This document shows positions 26,522 through 40,051 of a DNA stretch of 64,000 nt, piece by piece (position 1 is the stretch's first letter; each line of letters starts with the position of its first letter). This stretch comes from Octopus vulgaris (Eukaryota). The stretch spans positions 113,212,001 to 113,276,000 of the forward strand of contig OX597818.1 in the NCBI GenBank assembly GCA_951406725.2, read 5' to 3'. Under the pieces are notes generated by a model. The model had not been told where the DNA came from. It did not search any database and worked only from the letters and a program-made list of their open reading frames with translations. A program made the translations under genes and the position numbers.

Positions 26522-26990
26522 GAGAAAATGGAGAAATATATCTAAATCAATCATCAACCATCTGATAATACCCAATCAATACTTTATTAAACCATTACGC
26601 AATAGCAATGATATTATACATTAATATAGTACAAATATAACAAGACATAGAAATAGAAATATGTATTTCTATTTCTATTTCTATGTCTTGTTATATTTGT
26701 ACTATATTAATGTATAATATCATTGCTATTGTGTAATGGTTTAATAAAGTATTGATTGGGTATTATCAGATGGTTGATGATTGATTTAGATATATTTCTC
26801 CATTTTCTCCTTTTGTATTATTAATTTACGGTAAAAATAATTTTACCTTTGCCCACATAATACAGTAGATGAATTAATTGCATCGCAATTTTTAACATTT
26901 ATGTATTAGCTTTGTTGGGTACTTCTCTAGCAGTATATTGGATATATGTTACCCCATGGAGGGTTCAATTTACAACCCCTATCTCATTTT
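26522..26990. mobile_element. Fold-back insertion (arms 26522-26661 and 26664-26809) with ~180-nt extension ending at (TA)n
   Basis: Arms differ by one substitution and one extra atttct unit. Same architecture as 9034-9725, but no HHR was seen. Confidence 0.85.
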
Positions 26991-27132
26991 ATATATATAT
27001 ATTTATATATATATATAGTGACGTATATCTGCCATTTGAATATGGCTAACCCCTAAGGGTGGATGCTACTGTAGTTTGTAGCCCCAGGAAGACACCTCCT
27101 CCACCTGGCTATAGACACACTTTCTGTGCCCT

Positions 27133-27181
<49 letters not shown>

Positions 27182-27280
27182 ATGTATACATACACAAACA
27201 TACACACATATACATAGATACAAACACAGGCACGTTTGTATAGAGTAATCTAGATATATACATATCCATATATGCATCTT

Positions 27281-27316
<36 letters not shown>

Positions 27317-27375
27317 TGTGTGTGTGTGTGTGTTTGTGTTATACTTTAGAACAAACAATGAAAGGTTGTCGTTAT

Positions 27376-27433
27376 AATCCTCGGAGTTTCGAATGTCGGA
27401 GCAAAGAGCTACGATGCATTCTCGTCGGCTATT
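27376..27433 (-). ncRNA. Degenerate hammerhead, family G (copy 1)
   Basis: AATAG-CcGACGA-GAATG..CATTC-GAAA-CTCcGAG; cleavage triplet and 3' strand of stem I damaged. Confidence 0.65.
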
Positions 27434-27465
27434 GGCAATAGACTATTAATATACATCACCGACGG

Positions 27466-27590
27466 GAATGCATCGTAGCTTAGTAGTTAGGGCATTCGAC
27501 TCACGATTGAAAGGTCGTGAGTTCAATTCCCTTCGACGCGTTTTGTCATTGAGCAAAACACTTTATTTCACGTTGCTCCAGTTCACTCAG
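27466..27590 (+). mobile_element. S2-type SINE, 5' part
   Basis: TAGCTTAGTAGTTAGGG..GAGTTCAATTCC..gagcaaaacactttatttcacgttgctccagttcactcag. Confidence 0.75.
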
Positions 27591-28434
27591 TATCTGTGTG
27601 TATTTGAGCGTGAGCGCCTGTGTGTATTTGAGTGTGAGCGCCTGTGTGCATGTATGTGTATGTTAGAAAATTTAACACAAATATATTTGCTAAGTGGAGG
27701 TGCGTGGCCTAGTTGTTCGAGTGTTACACTTACGTCACCGTAAGATCATGGTTTCTACTCTCAGTCCGGCGGGGCGTTTTACTTTTGATCCAGTCACTTC
27801 GTTTTAGGTTTTTCTAGAATGTGTATCCCTGCAATGGACTAGGTCACGTTCAGGGGAAACGTAGGCCTGCCCGCCGATGCAATGGTGTTGCATCATTCGA
27901 AAGATACACTGTTCCTAGGGAATTGTATTGTGACCAGCGGTGTAATAACATCCTATAAACTGGTCGATAAACAGAATATTTATCCTTGATTGAACACCGT
28001 CAGATCAGAAAAGACGCAATTTTACTTCGATGTTCTTGATGAAAATAGTAACACCCGATCTCTTTATTGACGGTTTAGAGATATCTGAATCTCACACAGA
28101 ATATAATGCAGTAGCAACATATCACATTCCAGTTTCCTCATAATTTTCATTTCCATTGGGCAACCATTTTCTCCGTTAGCTCTCCCCGTCACTACCAAAA
28201 ACAAAATACCCTTTTACAATACTATATATATTTCCTTCAATCATTTCTCTCCATTTCTAGACCAATCTATCTTGATTTACAGGATTCTATTTCTATTCTT
28301 TCTTTTGTTCTCTTTTTATGTCAAAATATGTAAAGGGAAGAAGAGAAGCTGAGAGGGAAGAAAGAACGATAACGAGAAAGGTGTACACAACCCACATTAG
28401 CACACGCTTATGTTTGTGCGCACGTATGCATGTA

Positions 28435-29356
28435 TTAGGTGATCCCATAAATAATGCGGTTTTTTATACTTCCTTTATTTTTCAAAATTAAGATAAATAC
28501 AGTTCTTTTTTAATCTAAAATATACTCTTCTTCATTTTCTACAATGCTCTTCCATCTATCTGGTAGACGCGCAAGGCCCCTCTACCAAAATTCACTATTG
28601 CGGGACGAAAATTCACTCCCAGTACTGTTCTGACCTCCTCTACAGAGTTCATATTTTTCCGTCTAAACGATTTTGAAGCCTGCGGAATAAATTAGTAATC
28701 AGATAGGGCAATGTCCGGCGAATATGGTTACTGGGGCGTCATTTCTCATTCAAAACTGCTCCAGCATTTGGAATGTCATCCTCACGGTATGTGGCCGAGC
28801 ATTATCCTGATAGAAGAACACCTTTCGTCTTGAAACCAGTGATGGTCGTTTTTCTTTTAGCTCTGACTTCAATAACTGGTTGAATGACCAAATCCAAGCT
28901 TTTCTACTAGTTTCTCAACAGTTACGATGGGGTTCTGTTCCTCCAGGGTTTGCAGGACGTTCTCGTCGGGTTCTACACATCTTCCAGGACGAGGTTCGTC
29001 TTCTAGGCTGTAGTTTCCGACTCAGAATTTCTGGAATCACCTCTCACACTGGCTTACGCTTATTGTTCGATTTCCATATACTGCATTAATATTCCTCGCA
29101 CTTTCTGTTGCGTTGTTGCCTTTATTGAACTCATAAAACAAAATATGCCGAATATGCTCCTTTGTCACCTCCATTATAGCTTTGGAAAAATAAGTGCTAA
29201 AATCGAACTGTACTCTTCAAAACTTGCACTAAGAATAAGGACAAGTTAAAATTACTACCTGCTTTTATAGCAAGTTGATGCAGGTAGTTTATCCCCTCCC
29301 CCTCCACGTTTCGTTCATACAATTGAAAAGACCGCATTATTTATGGGATGACTCAA
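28435..29356 (-). mobile_element. Internally deleted mariner transposon with transposase pseudogene
   Basis: TIRs ttaggtgatcccataaataatgcggt / accgcattatttatgggatgactcaa flanked by TA. From the ATG at 29174: MEVTKEHIRHILFYEFNKGNNATESARNINAVYG..LEDEPRPGR; C-terminal PYSPDIA.SDY. Confidence 0.92.
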
Positions 29357-30679
29357 TATGTAAGGACGTATGGATGAATGGATGGGTGTTAAGAATTGAA
29401 TATTATTTGTACATCGCAGGTTCTACTTCTGTTTGTATGTGTGTGCGTGCACGAGCGCACACATCTTTGCCTTTGCGCTAGCGCGCCCCTCTATGTGTGA
29501 GTTTTTGTATGGTTCGTGCGTGCCTGCGTGTGTGTTTGTGAGCGTAAATATGTTTTCACTGCGACAATGTATTTAATTGCAATTATTGAAGAGTTTATTT
29601 GTTATATTCTTTCGTTGCTTTGTTATTCCATTTAAGGTTTCTCGAATCGATTTTGTGTCATTCTTCTCGGTTCAACATGACATCCGTGATCCAGAGAAAT
29701 TGTTTTAAAGAACTTTTCATTCAAAACGTCAGTGTCGTTTTATTTGAATTCTTGTCATCTAAATTCTCTTTAGAAGACCATTTGAAGACGTAACTGTCAA
29801 TTATAAATTCTATGGAAGAACTATACAAATATTCTTCTTCTTTAAAGCCCAAACGGTAATCTCGACAACATTCAGCATCACATTAGCTTTCACTCTTTCT
29901 CCTTAACTTCTTCCCGTTATCGTCAGTAATTGATTTAAAAGAGATATTTCCTGAATTACAAGTCTCTTCCAGACAGTTATCTAAAAGAAGGGATGAAGAA
30001 TTAAATTTCATGATACTGTAAAACTAGTATATGGAGATTGTTGCTTTATCACATCCTACATGTTAACTATTATGAAAGAGAAGAAAAAGTTAAACTCCAT
30101 GCACACATGCACACAAAAATCTTTTACACTCTACGCCGTCTCTCTCTCTCTCTCGCTGTCATACATATGCAATAAAACAATGAACGATATAATACGGTAT
30201 TTATGGAATCGTTCAATTTCGTTTGTTTTTGATATAACGACATAAATTGAGACTAATAACGTTGTCAAATTTATCAGAGTGTTCAATTTCATTGATTTGA
30301 TCTCTGATAATCTTAGTCATTAAACCATATTGTATGGCTTAACAGCCAACTCTAATACACTTCCACTTTTATTTCATTTCTGTATACTCTTCAAGATATG
30401 GAATCGCATAATTAACAAAAATATAATGAGCATGCTCCAAATAGAGCCATGTCCTTCTCAGAATGGTAATATCATTTATGCGAAGATGAAGGAGAGGAGT
30501 GAAAGTGTCTGCGCCTACAACTACAACTACAAACATATGCAGTTCATGGTTTGACAGGTTTCAACTAACGCTTGCCGTAACGTAGGGGGAGTTATAACAA
30601 CAAACATGAATGCGTGTGTTTGTCTGTGTGTGTGTGTATGTTGTGCGAGCGCACGTGTGGGTGGTTTACAATTGTACAA

Positions 30680-30840
30680 AAATCAAAAACGAAAGGCAAA
30701 AGCAGACGAGGGAAAACAAAAACGGTGTATTAGTTTGACGCTCAGAAAAAAATGGAAGAATCTTTGACGTTTCGATCCCACACTCTTCTGCAGAAATGAA
30801 TAAGGGGGAAAAAAACATGGTGAAATGAAAAAAGGAGGAT
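30680..30840 (-). mobile_element. Penelope-like tail relic with degenerate HHR-like motif (30761-30795)
   Basis: Minus strand CAGAAGA-GTGTGGGATC-GAAA-CG-TC-AAAGA; core and stems damaged. Confidence 0.4.
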
Positions 30841-31089
30841 ACACACACAGAGATTGATAGGTATATAGCTATATACCTACACATACAAATATGTAAATAT
30901 AATTATATACTTACATGAATGTATGTATGTATGTATATATGTATGTATGTAATTCATAGATGGGAATTAGATATTCTCCATATAGAATACACTAAGTAGT
31001 ACTCAAGACATTTAAACTTGAGTGGGAATAAAAGTATATGTGGGGTAAGCAAGTTAGACACATTAATATATTTATAGTAATATGACGGT

Positions 31090-31450
31090 GACCATGGTGG
31101 AGCACCGCCTTTAGTCGAGCAAATCAACTCCAGGTATTCTTATTTGTAAGCCTAGTACTTATTCTATCGGTCTCTTTTGCCGAACCGCTAGGTTACGGGG
31201 GCGTAAACACATCAGCATCAGTTGTCAAGCGATGTTGGGGGGAGACAAACTCAGACAGACATACACATGCACACATATACATATATATATACGACGGGCT
31301 TCTTTCAGTTTCCGTCTACTAAATCCACTCACAAGGCCTTGGTCGGCCCGGGGCTATAGTAGAAATCTTATACGCGATGTGCTTCGCAGTAAGACTGAAC
31401 CCGGAACCATGTAGTTTGTAAGCAAGCTACTTACCACATCCACTCCTGCG
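31090..31450 (-). mobile_element. SINE S3
   Basis: Homology to 36034-36455 and 38180-38520. Confidence 0.88.
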
Positions 31451-31517
31451 CGTATATATTTTTATAATTAGATACATTAATATATATATATACTTGGACA
31501 CATCAATATACATAATA

Positions 31518-31602
<85 letters not shown>

Positions 31603-33626
31603 CTATATATTGCCTGTTGTTTTAAAGTTGAATATATACCTTTATTTATATATAATTAGATATGCAGCAAGAGGCTATAGTGTGAATAGAGAAAGGTAAC
31701 TTATCTAATGTGTTTTGTTTCGCTTTTTTTCCGTTCAATCCATAAATTAGTTGACTAGACCTATGTGTTATTTGTGCCATGGGCATGTGTCACGATTTCA
31801 CGCGAATATACATGTATACAAAAAAGGTTGTTATTTTTTTTATTCGAGCGATTCTTAACGTAACTTAGCGTTTATGACTATTAAGCAGGGATAGAAGTAT
31901 TGTGCCTTCTTCACCTTCTTCCTCGCTATCAGCTCAACCGAATACGTGGCCACCGTCACCGCAACATCGCTTACTTCACTTAAGAGATGCTAAATACACC
32001 TGAAATGCTTCCGTTATAAAAGAGACAATTTAATTGGTTCACTCGTTTTACTGTTTTAATGGGAAGAGTCACTTTATTCCACGCGAGTTAATTCAGGTTA
32101 CAAGTCACATTTAATGACTCACCTGAGATTCACCCGAAATGCAATCGGCTGTCCTCGTGCATGTTTCTTTTTGAAGAGGGAACTCTGAGAATGTAACTAT
32201 TTCTGAGAAAGTAACTATTCCACTTCAAATTGAATATCTGGAACATCAAATAGACATTTATCTTGTCTATGTGGATTTTCTTACACAGGGAAATAACCTC
32301 AGCGCAGTATGTTAACCGTAGGTATTTGTAAATCACTACGGCATATTTTTTCTTGCAGAGACGGTAGTGTATCGATGATGTCGTTCATACAAAACGATCT
32401 CTATACTTACTGCTTTAATAATGACAAGATCTATAATGTAAGTTATTTGTTGCAAACATCGTAAAAAAAATGACTTATCTGTTTGTTGCAAAAATACATT
32501 GTTATTTAGAAAATGGTTTACACCACCCCCATGCACCTAACAAATTGTATTACACTTTGGGTTAATTTATCCGTAAGAATTTATCCGTAGATTGCTTACA
32601 TCATTTTACAGTGGTGCGTTCCATGTTTTTCATAACTTTCATAGAATTCTTTCTAAAAGACGATAATATAATAAATGATATACAATATTATCATTGTTCC
32701 TGTCTGTCACTTTTTTTTTTCATTATTCCAGCGTCGTTCGAAATACACTATTTTGAAATAGCATTTACAAGGACTGTGAAGCCTTGTCGCTATATTTGAT
32801 ACGAGTCTTATGAAATTAGTTTTCTTTCGATTAAGTGATATCCTCAAATCTCCGCTGTGTTCTAAAGTTCATAAGGTGAATTATGAATATAATCCCTTCA
32901 CCGAACGCGACATTTCTCGCTCGATTTTATGTATGTATGAATGTATGTGTAGATGCATGTATGTATATAATTATGCGTGTCTCGCTGTCTGTATGCTTTA
33001 TCTGATTATGTATGTATATGTATATATAACTACACTGCACAAACGCTGATGCACCCACACAGCAGCACAAATAAGAAGAGAGAAAAAGAATTCAGGTACT
33101 GTTACGTAAGGGAATAGGAACATAGAAACAGTATTCATGTTGACTTGCTGCCTCAAACTGAAACTTGGTACTTCAACTAAAAGCAAGGATGCTATAGTTG
33201 CCGAATAATGAATTGGTTTGAGATAGTCTTTCAGTTGAGCAGATTCGTGGATAACAGAATGATAGTATAAACAGGCAAACAACTGGTATCAGCTTAGCTT
33301 ATGACGTCTATATATCTAAACATGAGGGTTGCATTACATGATGCGAATATAGTGTATTATAGCTCTTTCAAGATGGCACACTTCCCTACGATCGATTCCC
33401 TACCTTGTAGTAACGATCAATTCCATCATTCTCCCTCTCTGGATGGATTTGTTCGCTGTGTTAAAGTTGGATGCTTATTGCTTTCAGGGAAATGAACCAT
33501 CAGCTAATCTATTCTTGATACGACTATGACAGGCTCTTTGCAAATCTTATTCCTTTTCCTTCCTCCATCCTCTTGTTACAACTCAAACATACCTGATACC
33601 TGTTTTCATAATTATACTTTTATACC

Positions 33627-33676
<50 letters not shown>

Positions 33677-33677
<1 letters not shown>

Positions 33678-34217
33678 GGTTTGAGTTTGAGAATTTTATA
33701 GGTTTTGGCCAATATTGGCCCAGGCCATGTCTAACTTAACAGCACCAGCAGGCAAAGTCATTCAGATCAGGAATCGGACAACATGGCTCACTCGAGGAGA
33801 GAGTTATTGTTTATGGTGACGTATCCCGGTCTAGGTTCATTCGGGATTTTAAGAAGGAATTTTTCCCAAGACTTCTTGAATATTATGAGGTCTGTTTCTG
33901 CTTTAATGTGTTTTGGTGTAATGTTAAAGAGAGCGGGCCAATTGAGGTGAAAAAATTGTGCTACATTGTTTTCATGTCATGCGATGTATGATTTATGTCG
34001 TGGGAGCTTAGCACGGGGCCAAGTCTTAGGCTTATCTTGAATGCAATGCCAACATCATTTGGGCAATACTGTTGGAATATTTTCCACATCATGATGATGA
34101 TGTAGCACTCACAGCGGCGTTGGAGAGAATAAAGTTTGAGCTTTTCTAGTCGGTCTCAACAGTCAAGGCCTGTCATGCCATCTATCTCTTTTGTAATTGA
34201 CCTTTGAGGTGTTTCAA

Positions 34218-34221
<4 letters not shown>
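33677..34221 (-). pseudogene. CR1/L2-group LINE 3' relic between (TA)n tracts
   Basis: [52 protein letters not shown]. Confidence 0.8.
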
Positions 34222-34263
<42 letters not shown>

Positions 34264-34341
34264 GTTGCATGTACGTGTAGATAGATTCATAATATATATT
34301 CAGGTATATACATATAATATATACACACATAAACATATATG

Positions 34342-34399
<58 letters not shown>

Positions 34400-34959
34400 A
34401 TTATAATCATAGGAAACAAGAGGTTAAGTTATAATTCACAGATTATAAATTGGGAATATGTTTGTTATCTCAACCTGGATTAAATATGGTATGTTTTGTT
34501 AGAATAATTTAATATACAGTTTCAGAAAGAGTACAAACAAACAGTGAGATCTTTAGAGTCTTTACAAAGATTTTTCAAGTCTATGAATGAGATTGGAAAT
34601 TTAGAAATATTTATCATTAAAATATGCTTCTGAATATTATTTGAAGTTGTGCTTTTAATAGAATAACCATTTATTTTACACATAACGTTTTAATCTAACA
34701 CTATATTATGCTTGCTTCCTGCTTTTAAATTTCCATCTGATATATTAATATCCTTAGAGGAAATACAGGATTCTAAAAACTATTAACTGAGATTCCTTAC
34801 ATATAATCACTGCATTGTATTAGGTGACAAATCGTTAATAGTGCAGATGGCTTATTTTAACTTTGTGAGGATTCTATTTTATGATTTAGACTATTGCTAC
34901 AAGCTTTGAAGTAAAGAAAAATTACTTATTCCAGTATATGTATGGGGATTATTTAGTAA

Positions 34960-35310
34960 GGCGGCGAGCTGGTAGAATAGTTTGTATACCGGACAAAATA
35001 CTTCGCGGTATTTTAGTCCGTTTTTATAAGGTTGCGAGCTGGCAGAAACGTTAGCACGCCAGGCGAAATGCTTAGCGGTACTTCGTCTGTCATTACGTTC
35101 TGAGTTCAAATTCCGCCGAGGTCGACTTTTCCTTTAATCCTTTCGGGTTTCATAAATTAAGTAATGGGGTCGTTCTAATCGGCTGGTCTCCCTCCCCAAA
35201 AGCTTCGGGGCTGTGCCTAGAGTAGAAAAGATTTTAGTCTGTGTTTATATTCTTAGTTCGAATTCCACCGAGATCGACTTCACCTTTCATCCTTTCGAGG
35301 TCGTTGAGAT
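34960..35310 (+). mobile_element. S1 SINE cluster, one copy inserted inside another
   Basis: Head ggcggcgagctgg at 34960, full copy ~35030-35232, and the first body resumes at 35233 with a duplicated attttagtc. Confidence 0.8.
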
Positions 35311-36033
35311 AAGTTTCACTTTAGTGGGTTCTGGAGTTGTGTTCTTCAGCCAAAAACATTTTATTTCACGTTGCTCTGATGGTGTGTCGGGTTTAGCATA
35401 TCAAAGCATAAATCCAAGGTGCCGTCCGGGTGTCGTGAAAGGCGACTAATAGATGTCGAGATAAGATTTACACTCCGATCTTATAAAACGTTCGCCAGAA
35501 ACGACTACCAAAACAGACACATGTGTTGGACGGCTGCTGCCTGTGGTACAAGGCTCTCATCCGCCAGGAATACGGAACCACAAATAAATAGTGAATATAG
35601 AGACAAGCTGTTAGAGCGATTACACCACAACTACCACTACCACCACCCATACTACTACTATTTCTCCAAAATTGCTTGCTTTATGTCAACATAAGAAAAG
35701 AATCATTTAGCAAGACTGCGAGATGGTGAAATTGTTACTGTGTCGACGACAATTCTAAGTGGAATTTCTTCAAGCTTTACGTTCCGAGGTTATATTATTC
35801 TGGCAAAGTTGACTTTGGCTTTATTCCTTCTTTTGGGAGTCGATTAAAATAAGTACCAGTCAAACAGTGGTGTCGATCTGGTGGTCTAGATCCATTCTCT
35901 AAAATTTCAGGTGAGGAGATTGTAGCAGAAAGAATTATTTAGTAATTTGGTACGATGGAAGTTTCAGCGTTATTCGAAATTTGGAAGTACAAAGAGTATA
36001 TTTTTGACTTACTCCACTACACGACACGGGCAA

Positions 36034-36455
36034 AGGCGTGGTTGTGCGGTAAGAATATTTCTTCCCAATCAGATGGTTTCAGGTTCAGTCCCACTGCGTG
36101 GTATCTTGGGTAAGTGTCTTCTACTATGGTCTCGGGCCGACAAAAGCTTTGTAAGTGGAGTTAGTTGACGGAAACTGAAAGAATCCCTGTCGTATATATA
36201 TATATGTATGTATATACGTGTGTGTGTGTGTGCTTGTATGTGGATGGGTAGGTGTGTGAGTTTTTGACCTCCCCTCGCCGCTTGAAAACCGGTGTTGATG
36301 TATTTACTTCACTGTAAATTAGCATTTCGGCAAAAGTGACCGGTAGAATAAGTATCAGGCTAAAAGAATAAGTCATGGGGTCGATAACGTTCGACTAAAA
36401 CCCTTCAAGGTGGTGCTCCAGCATGATCGCAGTCAAATGACTGAAGCAAGTAAAA
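36034..36455 (+). mobile_element. SINE S3, full length
   Basis: tRNA-like head ggcgtggttgtgcggtaag..ggttcagtccc, internal (TA)(TG) tract, tail gtcaaatgactgaa. Confidence 0.88.
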
Positions 36456-36825
36456 CATAAGACAAACTGGTTCAGAAAATCCACATCAATTCATATATGT
36501 ACCAGTCTGTATGATTTTGTTCGTTGCCATCTTTTTATATAAGCCGTTCCGATCAATTCGATTATTAATCAAAGCGGAGCAAATTTAAAGACGTTTTACA
36601 ATTATATATGTTAACCAAGACACATACCTTCTCTATTTGTTATTGGTCTACTATGACAAGGCCCCTGCAGTTCCTGCTTGAGGAAGGCATCTTTGACGTT
36701 TGTTCCACGTATATATTGCTATAATGACCGTCTCAAAATACAGCAAACTAGTATTACAAACTATGTTTAAACACACTTCAGAAAGCTTGCCAACCAGATA
36801 CAAATATGAAATGTATGTGTGTGTG

Positions 36826-37144
36826 TGTGTCATTGTTCAGTTTTATTTCAAGATTTCTGGCCAATAGAGAAAGAGCCGGTTTCTAACCTAGATCCAAAAT
36901 ATGTGTGTATATGCATATGTGTGTGTATGTACGTATATGTGTTTGTATGCCACTGTTCAGGTTTATTTCAAGGTCTCTTGCCAACAGAGAAAGTCGGTTT
37001 CTAACCTAGATCGAATGTATGTGCGTATATGTATATATATGTATGTACATTTGTGTGCATGTATATCTGTATGTATGTCATTGTTCACTTTATTTCAAGA
37101 TTTCTTGTCAATACAGAAAGAGCCGACTTCTAACCTAAATCCAA
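36826..37144 (-). repeat. Three tandem ~68-nt units separated by TG-rich spacers (possible 3' half of an HHR plus tail)
   Basis: Unit gtcattgttcagttttatttcaagatttct.gccaatagagaaagagccggtttctaacctagatccaa; minus strand contains GAAA-CCGG. Confidence 0.75.
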
Positions 37145-37279
37145 TGTATGTGTGTATGTGTATGTATTTACATGTTTGCGAGTGAGTGTGTATGTGCTCG
37201 CGCATTTGTGCGTGTGCATGTGTGTGTGTGTTTGTGTTTATTACAAGAGAAAGCACAAAATTTCATCCGAAGGAGACTT

Positions 37280-37640
37280 TATCTGTAGAACCTATTCCTT
37301 TGTTAAGTCCCTTTGTACGGAGAACAATTGCATTGAATGTAGGATGAACTCACAGTTTAACTGTAAGGTTAAGAATGTAGTGTAGAGCTTACGATGTAGT
37401 AAGGGACGGTGCGAAACATGGCATCTACATACAACGGTGAGATAGCATGCAGTATAAGAGAGCGCATACGTGAGCATTGGCGGGAGCTCAAAGAAGAGAA
37501 AGACTTGTCAGTGCTCTACCAACATCTTGAGGCAGAACTTGGAGGCTCGATTAATAGCAGAGGGGTTAAAGTATTATCGATGCATAGAAAAGACACAACA
37601 CTAAGATCACAGAGGCTACACACATATCAGTGGACAGACC
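37280..37640 (+). pseudogene. Penelope-like element GIY-YIG endonuclease relic
   Basis: C..NNCIEC..FNCKVKNVV*SLRC..C..TYNGE.ACSIRERIREH..SVLYQH matches the PLE VVY..C..C..YIGET.R....R..EH pattern with an upstream Cys cluster. Confidence 0.85.
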
Positions 37641-38098
37641 GATCCTCTATAGAAAACACAAATAGAACAACAACACCTACCACCACACCACGCCACATAA
37701 CTAAAGACAGAAGGGAGGAGAAGAGAGGGGGAGGAAATAATAATAGTAAATAAAACACTGATACAGAGTAATACACACATAATAGGCATATATGCACCTA
37801 CCTGTGATATATATAAGAAACAGAGATTGATAAATATGAAAATAAAAATTAAAAATAAAAATAGATAGGTAGATATATTTCTCCCTTTTCTGTGAAAGAT
37901 ATACGAAAAAGGGATAGATAAAAATAAAAAAATAGATAAATAAATAAATAAATTTATATAACGGGTATAGACACAAGCCACATAAGAAGCACAAAAGAAA
38001 GAGGAATTGTACCAAATTTTCGGGTTCTAGGACTGCAGCAGTGACAACGTGATAAGATGGGGTTGAGGGGGAGGTCATGCTGTTGCTAAGAACAATGA

Positions 38099-38179
<81 letters not shown>

Positions 38180-38181
<2 letters not shown>

Positions 38182-38520
38182 TCTTTTACTTGCTTCAGTC
38201 ATTTGACTGCGACCTTCATGGAGCACCGCCTTTAGTCGAACAAATCAACCCAAGAATTTCTCCTTTGTAAGCTTAGTACTTATTCTATCGATCATTTTAC
38301 CGTAGCGCAAAGTTACGGCTGCGTAAACACACCAACATCGGTTATCAACCGATGGTGGGGATTGAACACAGACACAGAAATACATACATACAGAAATCCA
38401 CTCACAAAGCTTTGGACGGCCCAGGGCTATAGCAGAAAATACTTGTCCATGGTTGAACGCAGTGGGACTGAACCCAGAATCATGTGGCTTGGAAGCAAGC
38501 TTCTTAGCACACAACTACAC
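38180..38520 (-). mobile_element. SINE S3
   Basis: Homology to 36034-36455. Confidence 0.85.
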
Positions 38521-38580
38521 CTATATATATATATATATATATATATAATACAGGCACATGCTGACATATATGGGTATGTC

Positions 38581-38634
<54 letters not shown>

Positions 38635-39421
38635 GCAAGCGAAATAATATTCTAAAATAAACTGAAATTGTATGATGTAGTTATTGTTGTGATGCTGCTG
38701 TTAATCTTCGAATTTTACGCCAGAAAGATGAATGCAACATAATCCATATCTAAACAACCCGAAGCGAATTAGATTAAATGCTGCGTAGCTGAAACACTTC
38801 ATTTTGTTCTCTTTGGCAAGGAAAATAATCATCCTTTCAGAATGCAATGCAAACGAAATCATACAAAAACATTCCTCTTAGCGTGATAACCAACTGAGAT
38901 CATTACGAAACTAATTTCACAATATTAAAAATGCTTGATTTTCTAGAAAAAAGTGGCTTTTTGGAAGTCTCTAAATGTAAATCGGATTCCATACTACAGA
39001 ATTGTTTTGTTGTTATTTATTTCTAGTTGTTTTATGTTTTGTGTAAAATATCATGAATGGATTATTACTTTGATTTTAATACAAAATATTCCGGTAGGGT
39101 ATTATTTATACTTTTAATAAAACTAGGAAATATGTTGAGCCAGATTCGACAAATCTCTATAGCTTCATTATAAGCTTTATAGCACAATACAATATTTTGA
39201 ATGTTCAAAGTTCAGCTTCATGTTTAGTGCGTTATTTCCAATGCATTTTTACGTATTTAGTACTGAAACTCTAAAAGTGCATTTCACTTCTTCCTATAAT
39301 TATTTATGCCCTTGATTATTTCTGATCTATATTACCAATTTTGTCTTTTTTTATTAAAATAATCTCTTTGTGAATTTTTTGAAACTATACTAAGTCTACC
39401 ATATTTCGTTAATCGCAACGT

Positions 39422-40051
39422 ATTCTTTTCTACTCAAGGCACAAGGCCCGAAATTTTTTTTGGGGGGTGTGGGGCGAGGAGGCAATCGATTAAGTCGAAC
39501 CTAGTATGCAACTGGTACTTAATTTATCGACCTTGAAAGGATGAAAGACAAAGTCGACCTCGATGGAATTTGAATTCAGAACGTAAAGACAGACGAAATA
39601 CTGCTAAGCATTTCGCCCGGCGTGCTAACTTTTCTGTCAGCTTGCGACCTTTTCTACCGTAGGCACAATGCCCGATTTTTTTTTATTTTGCGGGGGGGGG
39701 CGATCGATTATATCCACCCCAGTATGCACCTGGTACTTAATTTATCGACCCTAAAAGGATGCAAGGCAAAGTCGACCTTGGCGTAATTTGAACTCAGAAC
39801 GTAAAGACAGACGAAATACCTATTTCTTTACTACCCACAAGGGCCTAAACACAGAGGGGACAAACAAGGACAGACAAACGGATTAACTTGATTATATCGA
39901 CTCTAGTACGTAACTGGTACATAGTTAATCGACCCCGAGAGGATGAAAGGCAAAGTCGACCTCGGCGGAATTTGAACTCAGAACGTAATGGCAGACGAAA
40001 TACCACTAGGCATTTCGCCCGGCGTGCTAACGTTTCTGCCAGCTCGCCGCC
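39422..40051 (-). mobile_element. S1 cluster: monomer 39422-39648 and dimer 39650-40051
   Basis: Three S1 bodies; same layout as 13855-14518. Confidence 0.9.

Noticed and set aside
32123-32237. Minus-strand segment with AG and GTGAGT splice signals
   Set aside because: Stops in all three frames up to the strong donor; could be a non-coding exon but unsupported.
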